Shown here: piece by piece, positions 47,525 through 56,512 of the stretch
Position numbering within the stretch: the stretch's first letter is position 1
How the letters are laid out: the number at the start of each line of letters is the position of its first letter
The notes under the pieces: model-generated
Databases searched by the model: none
What the model saw: only the letters and a program-made list of their open reading frames with translations
Told to the model about the DNA's origin: nothing
Source: an uncultured Bdellovibrionales bacterium
Lineage (GTDB): Bacteria > Patescibacteriota > Minisyncoccia > Moranbacterales > UBA1568
Length of the DNA: 64,000 bases
Direction: 5' to 3'
NCBI GenBank assembly: GCA_964612055.1
Contig: CAZTBI010000002.1
Span: forward strand, 5,632-69,631
Made by a program: the position numbers and the translations under genes

Positions 47525-48250
47525 TCATGACTCGTAGCGCCCTCTTGGCCATGTCTTCACATAGCGCTTGCTTGCCATAAACGCGTAGAAGGGTCCGAAC
47601 AAAGCACCGAAGCAGACAGACCAGATGGCAAGATGCGTGACGACATCCCAGGTGCTGGCTGTCAGGCAGTACTGACAGAGCGTCTCTTTGAGAGCAACCG
47701 TGTTATTGATCGCCAGGAGGAATGTGCCCAGGAGAGAGAGGTAGAGAACAGGAGTGAACAACGCTCCCCAGAAGGCGTAGACATGAAGATCACGCTGGTA
47801 GTAGCAGAGAACCAGGGCTCCTGCTGCAAAACCCAGGCTAGTCGCCGTGAGTGAGTGCAGGCCACTGAGCCAAAACACCATGGTGGTGAAAAAAGTCACT
47901 CCTACCACCATGAGTCGATTGGTGAGTGGCTCCGTTTCCTTTCGGCTCTCGAGGTGATGAGTGCCCAACTGAGGAAGTAGCGTCACGATGCCGATGAATC
48001 CCGCTCCGAAAAGTACATCTTCGATCGTCAGATACACCGGACCGATGGCGACGCCGAAAACGCTGGGTGGGTTCCAGAAGTCCTTCCGGTAGAGCTGGGA
48101 GATAACGATACCTCCCACGCCACCACAGAAACTCATGACGTTGAGCTGACGCCGCCACTTGGGACGTCCAAATCCCAGAAAGAAGAAAATCAGGTACACC
48201 CAGACGGCAAAGGCCAGGTAGGCGAACTTCGGAGAAAGCGTGATCAACAT
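47525..48250 (-). CDS. Polytopic membrane protein, lycopene-cyclase-domain-like
   Basis: DFWNPP..FG...TIEDVLF resembles the membrane lycopene cyclase repeat; GGAGG SD. Confidence 0.55.
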   Translation of the reverse strand: MLITLSPKFAYLAFAVWVYLIFFFLGFGRPKWRRQLNVMSFCGGVGGIVISQLYRKDFWNPPSVFGVAIGPVYLTIEDVLFGAGFIGIVTLLPQLGTHHLESRKETEPLTNRLMVVGVTFFTTMVFWLSGLHSLTATSLGFAAGALVLCYYQRDLHVYAFWGALFTPVLYLSLLGTFLLAINNTVALKETLCQYCLTASTWDVVTHLAIWSVCFGALFGPFYAFMASKRYVKTWPRGRYES

Positions 48251-48431
48251 GATCTACCTCCGTACCAGGTTGTTAAGGATGTCCTTGGTCTAACATAAAA
48301 AATACGAGGTGTCAATGATGTTCGAACTTTCTACTTCGGAAAAGTCTGATTGAAGTAATGAAAAAAGAGCTAGTCAGGCTCTTGAGTGTTTTGTGACCGT
48401 GGGCCGAGATGCTACTCGGTCCAGTGCGTTG

Positions 48432-48650
48432 CTACTTGCGTGTAACGTGGGGGTGATGTAGACGATACCAGAACCCACCGATGAAGATTGCCATGCCTAG
48501 GAGCATCAGCCAGAGCGTAATGTCTTGCCAGTGTTGGGCGACCGCACTTGGATCATGACGCAGATCCTCATACATGACACCGACGAAGACCATGAGCAGG
48601 ATGCCAATGACCGAAGTCCGCGCTCCCTTTTCAGTTCGATCCAGTTTCAT
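48432..48650 (-). CDS. Small two-TM orphan protein
   Basis: AAGGAG SD before ATG 48650; two hydrophobic helices. Confidence 0.6.
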   Translation of the reverse strand: MKLDRTEKGARTSVIGILLMVFVGVMYEDLRHDPSAVAQHWQDITLWLMLLGMAIFIGGFWYRLHHPHVTRK

Positions 48651-48688
48651 GAGAGACTCCTTTCGAGTCAGTTGAGTTGATGAGGTGA

Positions 48689-49045
48689 TCAGACTTCTTC
48701 GTACGACCCGCGAACGAGACGCACCCAGACACCACAAGTGATGTCCAGGTCGTAATCGGCCAGCACCGTACGGATGCCCTCGGCAATGACATGACGCCGA
48801 TCATCGATAGTGAACAGACGACCAGGGTACTCGTTGGCATCGATCAAGATGTCGCACGCATTGGCATTCACAGCAAAAGAGCAGAGCAACTGAGCGTCGA
48901 CCATGACGTGATGCGCGCTCAGATGAGCTTCCGGATCGTCCTCGACATGGAGCGCCGATGCGACGATTTCAGGAAGCTTTGTTGCCAAAGCCCTGACGAA
49001 AGAGTCAGGCAAGCTAGCCTGATAGCGAATAACAACCAGCGGCAT
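48689..49045 (-). CDS. Tautomerase/CHMI-fold-like protein
   Basis: N-terminal Met-Pro (catalytic Pro1 candidate), beta-alpha-beta pattern, 118 aa; AAGGAG SD. Confidence 0.55.
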   Translation of the reverse strand: MPLVVIRYQASLPDSFVRALATKLPEIVASALHVEDDPEAHLSAHHVMVDAQLLCSFAVNANACDILIDANEYPGRLFTIDDRRHVIAEGIRTVLADYDLDITCGVWVRLVRGSYEEV

Positions 49046-49196
49046 GGCGCTCTCCTTGTTAAGTTGCTGTTGGTCCGAATTGGACTGAGTAGAATACTAT
49101 AATTTTACTTCCCTGTCCAGCCTTAGTTCGAACACTCGTCTTGGGTAATAAAAAACAAGGCTCTTCCGCCAACTGGCGGAGAGCTTCATTTTTGAC

Positions 49197-49384
49197 TGAG
49201 CGGGTAAGGGGAGGATCGAACTACTCGCTACGCTCCGTTCTATAGGGCTTCCGCCCTCTAGTCCTCGAAGACTCGGTCACCCCAGACTGGAAAACAGGTG
49301 TTTTCCCGACCCCTTTCCCGTTCGACTCCCCTTTGCCCGATAAAACTAAAAATCACCCCTGATGGAGTGATTTTTAGCTTAGTG
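49197..49384. repeat. tRNA-Gly trailer element with direct and inverted copies of the tRNA 3' end
   Basis: TGAGCGGGTAAGGGGAG at 49197-49213 equals 49383-49399; inverted copy GTTCGACTCCCCTTTGCCCG at 49320-49339. Confidence 0.8.
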
Positions 49385-49456
49385 AGCGGGTAAGGGGAGT
49401 CGAACCCCTATCTCGACCTTGGCAAGGTCGCATAATAGCCGCTATACGATACCCGC
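49385..49456 (-). tRNA. tRNA-Gly(GCC)
   Basis: GCGGGTA acceptor stem, CGACC-TTGCCAA-GGTCG anticodon arm, U73. Confidence 0.95.
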
Positions 49457-49530
49457 TTGTGAAAGCCTATCTATCCTAGCGGAAGACCCTTTCGTATGTC
49501 AACTCGAGGGATTTCCAGTATAATGAGGAA

Positions 49531-50160
49531 ATGTCACAAAAGAACCATCAAATACGTCTTTCAAGTATGGGCGAGGAGAGCAATATACAACGTGCACCCG
49601 TGGTAAGTCTTATGGAACTTGCCAAAAAGGGGGATCGGCAGGCTTTTGGTGAGCTCTACCAGCTGTACCTCACACCCGTTTTTCGCTACCTATTCTCCCA
49701 GACCAAGAACCGTGAGACGGCCGAGGATCTTTCCCAAACCGTTTTCATCAAAGCTCTGAAACACCTAGAACAAAGCCCTCCGAAAGCATCCGGGGGATCG
49801 GAGCTCGCCTACTTCTTTGCCATCGCCAAAACAACCTTGATTGATTTCTGGAGAAAGAAGAAGGAGGTAGCCATACTCGATGAACAATCTGAGGCCATGC
49901 GCACCTTAACTGACGAACGTGCCGGAGCTCTTGAGAATCTGACAGAGCAAGAACACCAGTTGCTCATAGAGAAAGGACTTGCTATTTTAAACGATAAGGA
50001 ACGCGAAGTGCTGATACTGCGATTCTTAAATGATTACTCCCATCGCGAGATTGCTACGCTCTTGGGAAAAAATGAAGCCGCTATCAGACAGCTCCAGTGT
50101 CGCGGTCTGAAAACACTCCGAAAATATTTCTCCTCCCGTTACCCTTCGAAAACTCTATGA
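49531..50160 (+). CDS. ECF-family RNA polymerase sigma factor
   Basis: GDRQAFGELY, AEDLSQTVF, IDFWRK, EREVL.LRF...S..EIA..LG. Start may be 49568. Confidence 0.9.
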   Translation: MSQKNHQIRLSSMGEESNIQRAPVVSLMELAKKGDRQAFGELYQLYLTPVFRYLFSQTKNRETAEDLSQTVFIKALKHLEQSPPKASGGSELAYFFAIAKTTLIDFWRKKKEVAILDEQSEAMRTLTDERAGALENLTEQEHQLLIEKGLAILNDKEREVLILRFLNDYSHREIATLLGKNEAAIRQLQCRGLKTLRKYFSSRYPSKTL

Positions 50161-50822
50161 ACCAAGACTGGAAAAAATTTACAGGAAGCGTCGCGCACGA
50201 ACTGCGTGATGAACATCTTTCTCCCAAAGAACGCGCCGAGCTCGTGAGTGTCGCGGCTATGCTTGCCGTCACAAAAGAAAAAGCATTACCAAGTGAAGCG
50301 CTCCTCACACGCATCCTCAAAGAAGCATCTGTCACAACTGCGTCAACTGGTCGTTCTCCATATACGAACAAAAAGAAATATCGGTTTTCTCTTTCATCCC
50401 TTCTCGTTCTTTTCGAAAATTTCTTCTCCCAAAAGAAATGGCTCCTCGCCTCAGGCGCAGCTGCCATGCTCATTCTCGTCGTAACTCTTTCTTTTTCCGC
50501 TTCGGAAAAAACATTCATCGCCGAACGATCGTGGCTTCCAAAATTAGAAAACTCTACCCTCGCTGAAAATGTCACCGCTCTCGTCACTACCGGTTCTTTC
50601 TCAGGAACAGTACGTAAAAATACTGACAGTGAAAAAGTGGCTCTCTCAAAAATCTCCCCTCAACAAAACGAAGATACTGAAGAAAAAAATCTCGATACAC
50701 TCTTGGCATTCACTCAAGAAAGTGAAGTATCAGCACTGACGTTTGACGAAGATACGGCCTTCCAAAGCATGGATCAAGATGTAAACTCCTTAAGCCAACT
50801 CTATGATGAAAATGGTTTCTAA
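50157..50822 (+). CDS. Putative anti-sigma factor (single TM)
   Basis: ATGA overlap with the sigma factor stop; N-terminal soluble domain, one TM helix, acidic tail. Confidence 0.6.
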   Translation: MNQDWKKFTGSVAHELRDEHLSPKERAELVSVAAMLAVTKEKALPSEALLTRILKEASVTTASTGRSPYTNKKKYRFSLSSLLVLFENFFSQKKWLLASGAAAMLILVVTLSFSASEKTFIAERSWLPKLENSTLAENVTALVTTGSFSGTVRKNTDSEKVALSKISPQQNEDTEEKNLDTLLAFTQESEVSALTFDEDTAFQSMDQDVNSLSQLYDENGF

Positions 50823-51570
50823 AAAACAATATCGAAAAATTCTTTCGGTTATTGTTCTCACCGGATCGTTTCTCGTACCGTCGTTCAATGTCCTGGCCGC
50901 GACAGAGGTCGAGCTACGAACAAAAAACCTTTTCTGCAATAACATAGATACCATCAAAAGTCGCTTTGATCAAAGTGCAGAAAACGTCTACCAAAACCTG
51001 AAAGAGCGTCGCGATAATCGACTCGAAAGTTTGACAGAGTACCGCACGAAACGTGACACCGAACTTACTTCTGATCGTACGAAGCGCGATCAGGATCGAG
51101 AGAGTGGTTACCAAAAACTTGAAGGGTTAGCTGATACCGACGAAGAAAAAACAGCTGTCACAATATTTGAATCAACTATGGACCAAGCGGTGTCGACACA
51201 TCGCGATACTATCGATGTCGCTATCAAGACTTCACGCGATGGACTCGACAAAGCCATCACCAATCATACCAGTGGCGTAGAAAAAGCAGCTTTAGATTTT
51301 CGGAATAAAACCAATGCCGCTTTTGAACAAGCAGAAAATGACTGCACAAAAAATGTCAGTCTCGATACTATTCGTCAACATCTGAAAACTGTCTTGGCAG
51401 AAGCCCGAAAAACATTTACCGCTGCTGTCCAAGAAGTCGCAACGTTCCGTGCTATCCAAAAAGATCTGAGAGATACTCGAAGTACGGCTCTGAAAAGTGC
51501 TGGTGAAACTTTCGAGAAAACAGCGGCCCAAGCTCGCGCTGATCTGAAAAAGGCTTTTGGTGAAAACTAA
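50803..51570 (+). CDS. Secreted alpha-helical/coiled-coil protein
   Basis: Signal peptide (VLA-A), all-helical and charged, two Cys; overlaps the previous gene. Confidence 0.7.
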   Translation: MMKMVSKKQYRKILSVIVLTGSFLVPSFNVLAATEVELRTKNLFCNNIDTIKSRFDQSAENVYQNLKERRDNRLESLTEYRTKRDTELTSDRTKRDQDRESGYQKLEGLADTDEEKTAVTIFESTMDQAVSTHRDTIDVAIKTSRDGLDKAITNHTSGVEKAALDFRNKTNAAFEQAENDCTKNVSLDTIRQHLKTVLAEARKTFTAAVQEVATFRAIQKDLRDTRSTALKSAGETFEKTAAQARADLKKAFGEN

Positions 51571-51614
51571 CTCCCTTCAAAGAAAAACCGCCCCGAAAAG
51601 GGCGGTTTTTTATG

Positions 51615-51686
51615 TGGGACTGGATGGGATCGAACCATCGACCAAGCGGTTATGAGCCGCGCGCTCTACCACTGAGCTACAGTCCC
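51615..51686 (-). tRNA. tRNA with CAT anticodon, probably Ile2 (lysidine) rather than Met
   Basis: GGGACTG acceptor stem, GCGG-CTCATAA-CCGC anticodon arm; lacks initiator features. The Ile2 assignment is inference. Confidence 0.85.
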
Positions 51687-51712
51687 GCTCGTGCTCATTG
51701 AACGTGTTTCTG

Positions 51713-51784
<72 letters not shown>

Positions 51785-51852
51785 ATCTTATACCCAGAAG
51801 ATACTGTGTACAACCAGGGGATAACTAACTCTTTTCCTTTATTCAAGCCTCT

Positions 51853-52013
51853 TGTGCGCACTTTGGGACTCGGTCACGGATATTTTTCCTGCAGGAAAAA
51901 TTCCTCGACCCCGCCTCGCGGTCCATCCACTGATGGACAACGCTCCGGCTTTCTCGACCCTTCATAAGCCAAGCAGTTGGCTTATTCAGCCTCACAGGCT
52001 CACTACGTTCCCC
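51853..52013. repeat. tRNA-Val trailer element with a degenerate duplication of the tRNA 3' end
   Basis: 51853-51872 matches 52014-52033 at 16/20; shares GACTCGGTCAC...CGACCCC with the tRNA-Gly trailer. Confidence 0.7.
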
Positions 52014-52015
52014 TG

Positions 52016-52089
52016 TGCGTGCTGAGGGACTCGAACCCCCGACCCTCTCGGTGTAAACGAGATGCTCTAACCAACTGAGCTAAGCACGC
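52016..52089 (-). tRNA. tRNA-Val(TAC)
   Basis: GCGTGCT acceptor stem, TCTCG-TTTACAC-CGAGA anticodon arm. Confidence 0.95.
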
Positions 52090-52126
52090 CCATTTTGAGC
52101 GCTCATCGCTCATTTCATTCACTCTG

Positions 52127-52210
52127 TGCCCAAGAGAGGACTCGAACCTCCAATCCCTTGCGGGAACTAGCACCTCAAGCTAGCGCGTATACCAATTCCG
52201 CCACCTGGGC
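52127..52210 (-). tRNA. tRNA-Leu(GAG)
   Basis: GCCCAGG acceptor stem, CTAGC-TTGAGGT-GCTAG anticodon arm, long variable arm. Confidence 0.95.
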
Positions 52211-52332
52211 ATGTGTCTCCTCTTCTTCCATCCCAATTCCGACTATCTAGGCAAATGCCTTATTCTATTTCGCACCCATACACTGTACCAATTCTTCGTC
52301 CCTCATGCAACAGGTAAAGAAAGAGGCCTTCT

Positions 52333-52785
52333 TTAGGCCTCTTTTTCTTCGCTTGCTACTGGAGCAACTTCTGCCTGAGGAGCCGCAGGAGCTACCTCTT
52401 CGGCTTTTGGTACCAGTCTTGCCTTGACTGCGACTTCTTTTAATTTCTTCGAAAGTACCTTGGCTGACTTGTCACGCACGAAATAGAGCTTGGCACGTCT
52501 GGCCGTGGTACGCTTCACGAACTCAATCTTCTGAATCTGATCAGAGGAGAGGGGGAGAATGAGCTCGACACCAATACCATCAGAAACCTTACGAACGGTA
52601 AGTGTGCGAGAAGCGCTCTGACCACCTTTTATAGCAATAACAGTACCCTGAAACATCTGGGTGCGCTCCTTGGAGCCTTCTTTGATCTTGCGGTATATCT
52701 TAATCACGTCTCCGGCGCGCAGTTCTGGCAAAAGAGAAAAAGCTTTTCTTTGCTTAAGATTAAAGGAAATGAGGCTCTGGTGCAT
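52333..52785 (-). CDS. rplS: 50S ribosomal protein L19
   Basis: IKEGSKERTQMFQGTVI, TVRKVS.GIGVE, RRAKLYFVRD. Confidence 0.95.
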   Translation of the reverse strand: MHQSLISFNLKQRKAFSLLPELRAGDVIKIYRKIKEGSKERTQMFQGTVIAIKGGQSASRTLTVRKVSDGIGVELILPLSSDQIQKIEFVKRTTARRAKLYFVRDKSAKVLSKKLKEVAVKARLVPKAEEVAPAAPQAEVAPVASEEKEA

Positions 52786-52858
52786 AAACGTTTCGTTAAA
52801 ATCGGATGTCTCAGACAAGCCGTTTGAGTAATTCAAAAAGGGAATACGAGAGAATACC

Positions 52859-53899
52859 CTAAAAAAGGCTTTTCAAGGCCTCATCATCATAGCTTGCTAT
52901 CGCGGTTTCGTCAATACTCTGAAGTACTGCTTGAAAATCTCCCGGGAGCGGTGATGAAAAATGGTATTTCTTGTCAAAAAGTGTCAAAGAAAGACGGGTG
53001 GCATGAAGCATATGACGGGGAGCAGAAATCCTGTTTTCACCCTTTGCCTCTTTGAAAGCATATAGCTTGTCTCCTACGACCGGATGACCCAAAAAAGAGA
53101 GGTGGACACGAATCTGATGTGTGCGACCGGTCTTTGGCGTTACCAAAAGAAGATCATACCCCTCGAAACGCTGTATGACCCGATACGCAGTAAAGGCGCT
53201 GCGAAGCGTCCCGGGAAGAGTTCCTTTGTACGTTTCCGGATCGATAGCCTGGCGCTTCAGCTCTCCTGATCTTCGTATGAGAGGGGCGCTCACTTCACCC
53301 TGGAGAGCCGGCAAATGACCGGGGACCAAGGCGACATAGGTCTTTTCCACTGCCCGCTCCTGAAAGGCCTTTTTGAGAGCCTCAAAGCTTTTTGTCTCCT
53401 TGGCAATAATAAGTATTCCGGAAGTATCACGATCCAAACGGTGAACGATACCAGGCCGGAGCGGATCCTCTCCTACTTTGGAAAGATTCGGATAATGAGC
53501 CAAAATCCAGTCGACGACTGTAGCTCGTCCGAAAGATCCTCCTTGGTGCACTTGTATCCCGGGACCCTTGTCCACTACCAGTATATGTTCATCTTCAAAG
53601 AGCACTCGGAGTATCGGCAGTGCTCCTTTCTCCTCTTGAGACTGAACACTTCCCATGAGTGTCGCTGGATTGATAGAGAAGAGGTCGTGCGTTACTACCA
53701 GTGTCCGCGGCAAGGCCGGAACACTGTTTAAAAGTACCCTTCCTTCTTTGATGGCACGAGCGGCAAACGCACGTGAAAAGACCTTTTCTTCTGAGTAGCG
53801 CTCCTGAAGCAGCGTCGCCAAGGCACTATCAAAACGCTTGTCATGGAGATGACGAGGAACTTCCAATACAAATGGTGCTTCCTTTGAAGAAAAAGTCAT
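52859..53899 (-). CDS. RluA-family pseudouridine synthase (RluD-like)
   Basis: S4-like N-terminus, RPGIVHRLDRDTSG, TGRTHQIRVH, VGDKLY, MLHA. Confidence 0.92.
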   Translation of the reverse strand: MTFSSKEAPFVLEVPRHLHDKRFDSALATLLQERYSEEKVFSRAFAARAIKEGRVLLNSVPALPRTLVVTHDLFSINPATLMGSVQSQEEKGALPILRVLFEDEHILVVDKGPGIQVHQGGSFGRATVVDWILAHYPNLSKVGEDPLRPGIVHRLDRDTSGILIIAKETKSFEALKKAFQERAVEKTYVALVPGHLPALQGEVSAPLIRRSGELKRQAIDPETYKGTLPGTLRSAFTAYRVIQRFEGYDLLLVTPKTGRTHQIRVHLSFLGHPVVGDKLYAFKEAKGENRISAPRHMLHATRLSLTLFDKKYHFSSPLPGDFQAVLQSIDETAIASYDDEALKSLF

Positions 53900-53977
53900 A
53901 CGTATTTCTTATGAACCTCTATCTGGCGAGCGTCTTTTCGGCTATACTATACAATATTATTGCTAAATACGTGTTTT

Positions 53978-54985
53978 ATGAAGATAGCGTTCTTTGAAGC
54001 CACTGATAAGGATATCGCTTATCTCGGAGAAAAGCTCTCCCAACACGAAGTCACCTTCTTCAAGGAGCCCCTGGATGCGAAAAATGCCTCCGAGGCAGCT
54101 TCTTTCGATATCATATCGGTCTTTATCTACTCGGCGGTGACATCGGTCGTATTAGAGAAGATGCCTCAAGTACGAGCCATCATGACACGTTCCACCGGAT
54201 TTGACCATATCGATCTCATTGCTTGCAACAAACGGGGCATTTCCGTCTCCAATGTGCCGTATTACGGCGAAAATACCGTCGCTGAGCATACCTTTGCTCT
54301 CATCCTAGCGCTTTCTCGAAACGTCCACAAATCCTATGCTCGCGGACTGAAAGGAGACTTTTCCATTGACGGCCTTATGGGCTTTGACTTGAAAGACAAG
54401 ACTTTGGGCGTTATCGGCACCGGTCACATCGGGCTGCACGTCATTCGCATTGCCAAAGGCTTTGGGATGCATGTACTCGCCTTTGATACCCAGAAAAACA
54501 CCTTCCTCTCTGAAGTCCTTCACTTCACCTACGCTTCTTTGGATGACATCTTAGCTCAAGCCGATATCGTCACGCTCCATGTTCCTTATAATGAGCATAC
54601 TCACCACCTCATAAACGAAGAAAACATTGGCAAGATGAAGAAGGGGGCGCTCCTCATCAATACCGCTCGTGGCGGTATCATCGAAAACAAAGCACTCATC
54701 AAAGCACTCGATCAGGGCATCCTTTCGGGTGTTGGACTTGATGTTCTTGAAGGGGAGGAACTCATCAAAGAAGAGAGTCAGTGTCTCCATATCGACTGCC
54801 AAACCGATACAAAACATCATGAGGAAGGAAAAGGCCTGCTCTCTCGTGACAATGTCGTCTTTACTCCCCATATCGGATTTTACAGCACCGAAGCCCTAGA
54901 GCGCATCCTCGATACTACCATCGAAAACATCGAACACTTCGTCTCTGGGAAGAAAAAAAATCAGATTCCCGGAAATCTCATCTAG
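53978..54985 (+). CDS. D-isomer-specific 2-hydroxyacid dehydrogenase (D-lactate dehydrogenase-like)
   Basis: RSTGFDHID, GVIGTGHIG, INTARG, LDVLEGE, TPHIGF. Confidence 0.9.
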   Translation: MKIAFFEATDKDIAYLGEKLSQHEVTFFKEPLDAKNASEAASFDIISVFIYSAVTSVVLEKMPQVRAIMTRSTGFDHIDLIACNKRGISVSNVPYYGENTVAEHTFALILALSRNVHKSYARGLKGDFSIDGLMGFDLKDKTLGVIGTGHIGLHVIRIAKGFGMHVLAFDTQKNTFLSEVLHFTYASLDDILAQADIVTLHVPYNEHTHHLINEENIGKMKKGALLINTARGGIIENKALIKALDQGILSGVGLDVLEGEELIKEESQCLHIDCQTDTKHHEEGKGLLSRDNVVFTPHIGFYSTEALERILDTTIENIEHFVSGKKKNQIPGNLI

Positions 54986-55085
54986 AGATATTTCTCTTCC
55001 ACAAATTTTACGAAAAAATCCCTTGTTTCAGGGGATTTTTTATTACAACACGAAAACTTTCATTGTGTCTAAAAATGAGTTTATA

Positions 55086-55101
55086 ACACTACATGTTGTT
55101 G
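55086..55101. promoter_or_regulatory. NrdR-box-like site upstream of the ahpC-sod-nrdA-nrdB run
   Basis: ACACTACATGTTGTTG resembles the consensus acaCwAtATaTwGtgt; no clear second box. Confidence 0.55.
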
Positions 55102-55157
55102 AAAATATCTTTTTTACGGAAAATATGATCGAATTTTACCGCTTAAAAAGCGGCTAT

Positions 55158-55186
55158 TTGACAGCCTATTTTTGACCGCCTATTAT
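55158..55186 (+). promoter_or_regulatory. sigma70 promoter for ahpC
   Basis: TTGACA-N17-TATTAT. Confidence 0.7.
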
Positions 55187-55230
55187 AGGTAAGCGACCGG
55201 GGTCGCTTTTAATCATCTTTACACAAAACT

Positions 55231-55869
55231 ATGTCCCAAGATGCCTGCTGCGGTGGTGGAGGCTGCCACGACGAAATGAGCGAAATGCCAGGATACTTTC
55301 CTATTATTGGAAAGCGTGTGCCGAACCTGGAATTTGATTATTTCCACAAAGAAGGGTTTCATCGTTCTCATTTTTCAGACTTCCATGGAAAATGGGTAGT
55401 AGTGTTTTTCTACCCAGCTGACTTTACCTTCATCTGCCCAACCGAACTAGAAGAAATGCAGAAAAATTACGCCAAGTTCCAGGAGCTCGGCGCTGAAGTA
55501 TTGTCCGTTTCGACTGATACCAAATTTACCCACAAAGCCTGGCACGATCATTCGCCGGCTATCAAGACTCTCGAATACCCGATGGTCGCTGATCCATCTG
55601 GTGAGATTTCTCGGACCTTTGGTGTCTATATAGATGAGGGGGAGGATAACGGACTCGCGCTCCGCGGTTCCTTTATTCTTGATCCAGACGGCGCCCTCCA
55701 AGCCTACGAAGTCCACGCCAATAATGTTGGACGCTCTGCTGATGAATTGCTCCGCAAGCTCGAAGCAGCTATCTTCGTCCGTGAACACGGTGGTGAAGTC
55801 TGTCCTGCCAACTGGAAGAAAGGCGGCAAGACGCTCAAGCCTGGCATCGACTTAGTCGGTAAGATCTAA
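55231..55869 (+). CDS. ahpC: 2-Cys peroxiredoxin AhpC
   Basis: FFYPADFTFICPTE, EVCPANW. Confidence 0.93.
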   Translation: MSQDACCGGGGCHDEMSEMPGYFPIIGKRVPNLEFDYFHKEGFHRSHFSDFHGKWVVVFFYPADFTFICPTELEEMQKNYAKFQELGAEVLSVSTDTKFTHKAWHDHSPAIKTLEYPMVADPSGEISRTFGVYIDEGEDNGLALRGSFILDPDGALQAYEVHANNVGRSADELLRKLEAAIFVREHGGEVCPANWKKGGKTLKPGIDLVGKI

Positions 55870-55887
55870 ACAAAAAAACAAAACGCT

Positions 55888-56463
55888 ATGTCCGATATCT
55901 ACACCGCCAAAGACTGGAAGCACCTCCTCGGCCTTCCGGGATTCAGCGACACGATGCTCACCAATCACTTCACTCTCTACGAAGGTTATGTGAAGAACAC
56001 GAATCTCCTGATGGAGAAACTGGATGCTCTCGAGGCTGGTACACCGGAATACTATGAACTGAAGCGAAGGCTCGGCTGGGAATTTGGCGGCATGAGGATG
56101 CACGAACTCTACTTCGGGAACATGACCAAAGAAACCTCTTCTCTCAATGAAGAGTCAGCTCTTGGAAAAAAGATTCTTGCTACCTGGGGAAGCTTTGCAG
56201 CCTGGAAGGAAAGCTTCATGAAGCTCGGTACCATAAGAGGTATTGGCTGGGTCGTTCTCCTACAAGACAATGAATCAAAAGAACTCTTCCACACCTGGGT
56301 TGGTGATCACCATGAAGGTCACATCCTGAACACTACGCCAATCCTCGTTCTTGATTGCTGGGAACACGCTTATATCACTGACTACGGTATCAAACGAGCC
56401 GACTACATCGCAGCCTTCACCCAAGTCATCGACTGGCAAGCGGCAGAAAAGAGATTTGGTTAA
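55888..56463 (+). CDS. Fe/Mn superoxide dismutase family protein
   Basis: H..LYEGYV.N, HELYF, GIGWV, DCWEHAY..DY. Confidence 0.88.
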   Translation: MSDIYTAKDWKHLLGLPGFSDTMLTNHFTLYEGYVKNTNLLMEKLDALEAGTPEYYELKRRLGWEFGGMRMHELYFGNMTKETSSLNEESALGKKILATWGSFAAWKESFMKLGTIRGIGWVVLLQDNESKELFHTWVGDHHEGHILNTTPILVLDCWEHAYITDYGIKRADYIAAFTQVIDWQAAEKRFG

Positions 56464-56512
56464 TATCTCCGTCCGTCCCTTTCCCTCCTTCAAGAACCTA
56501 AAATAAAACGCT

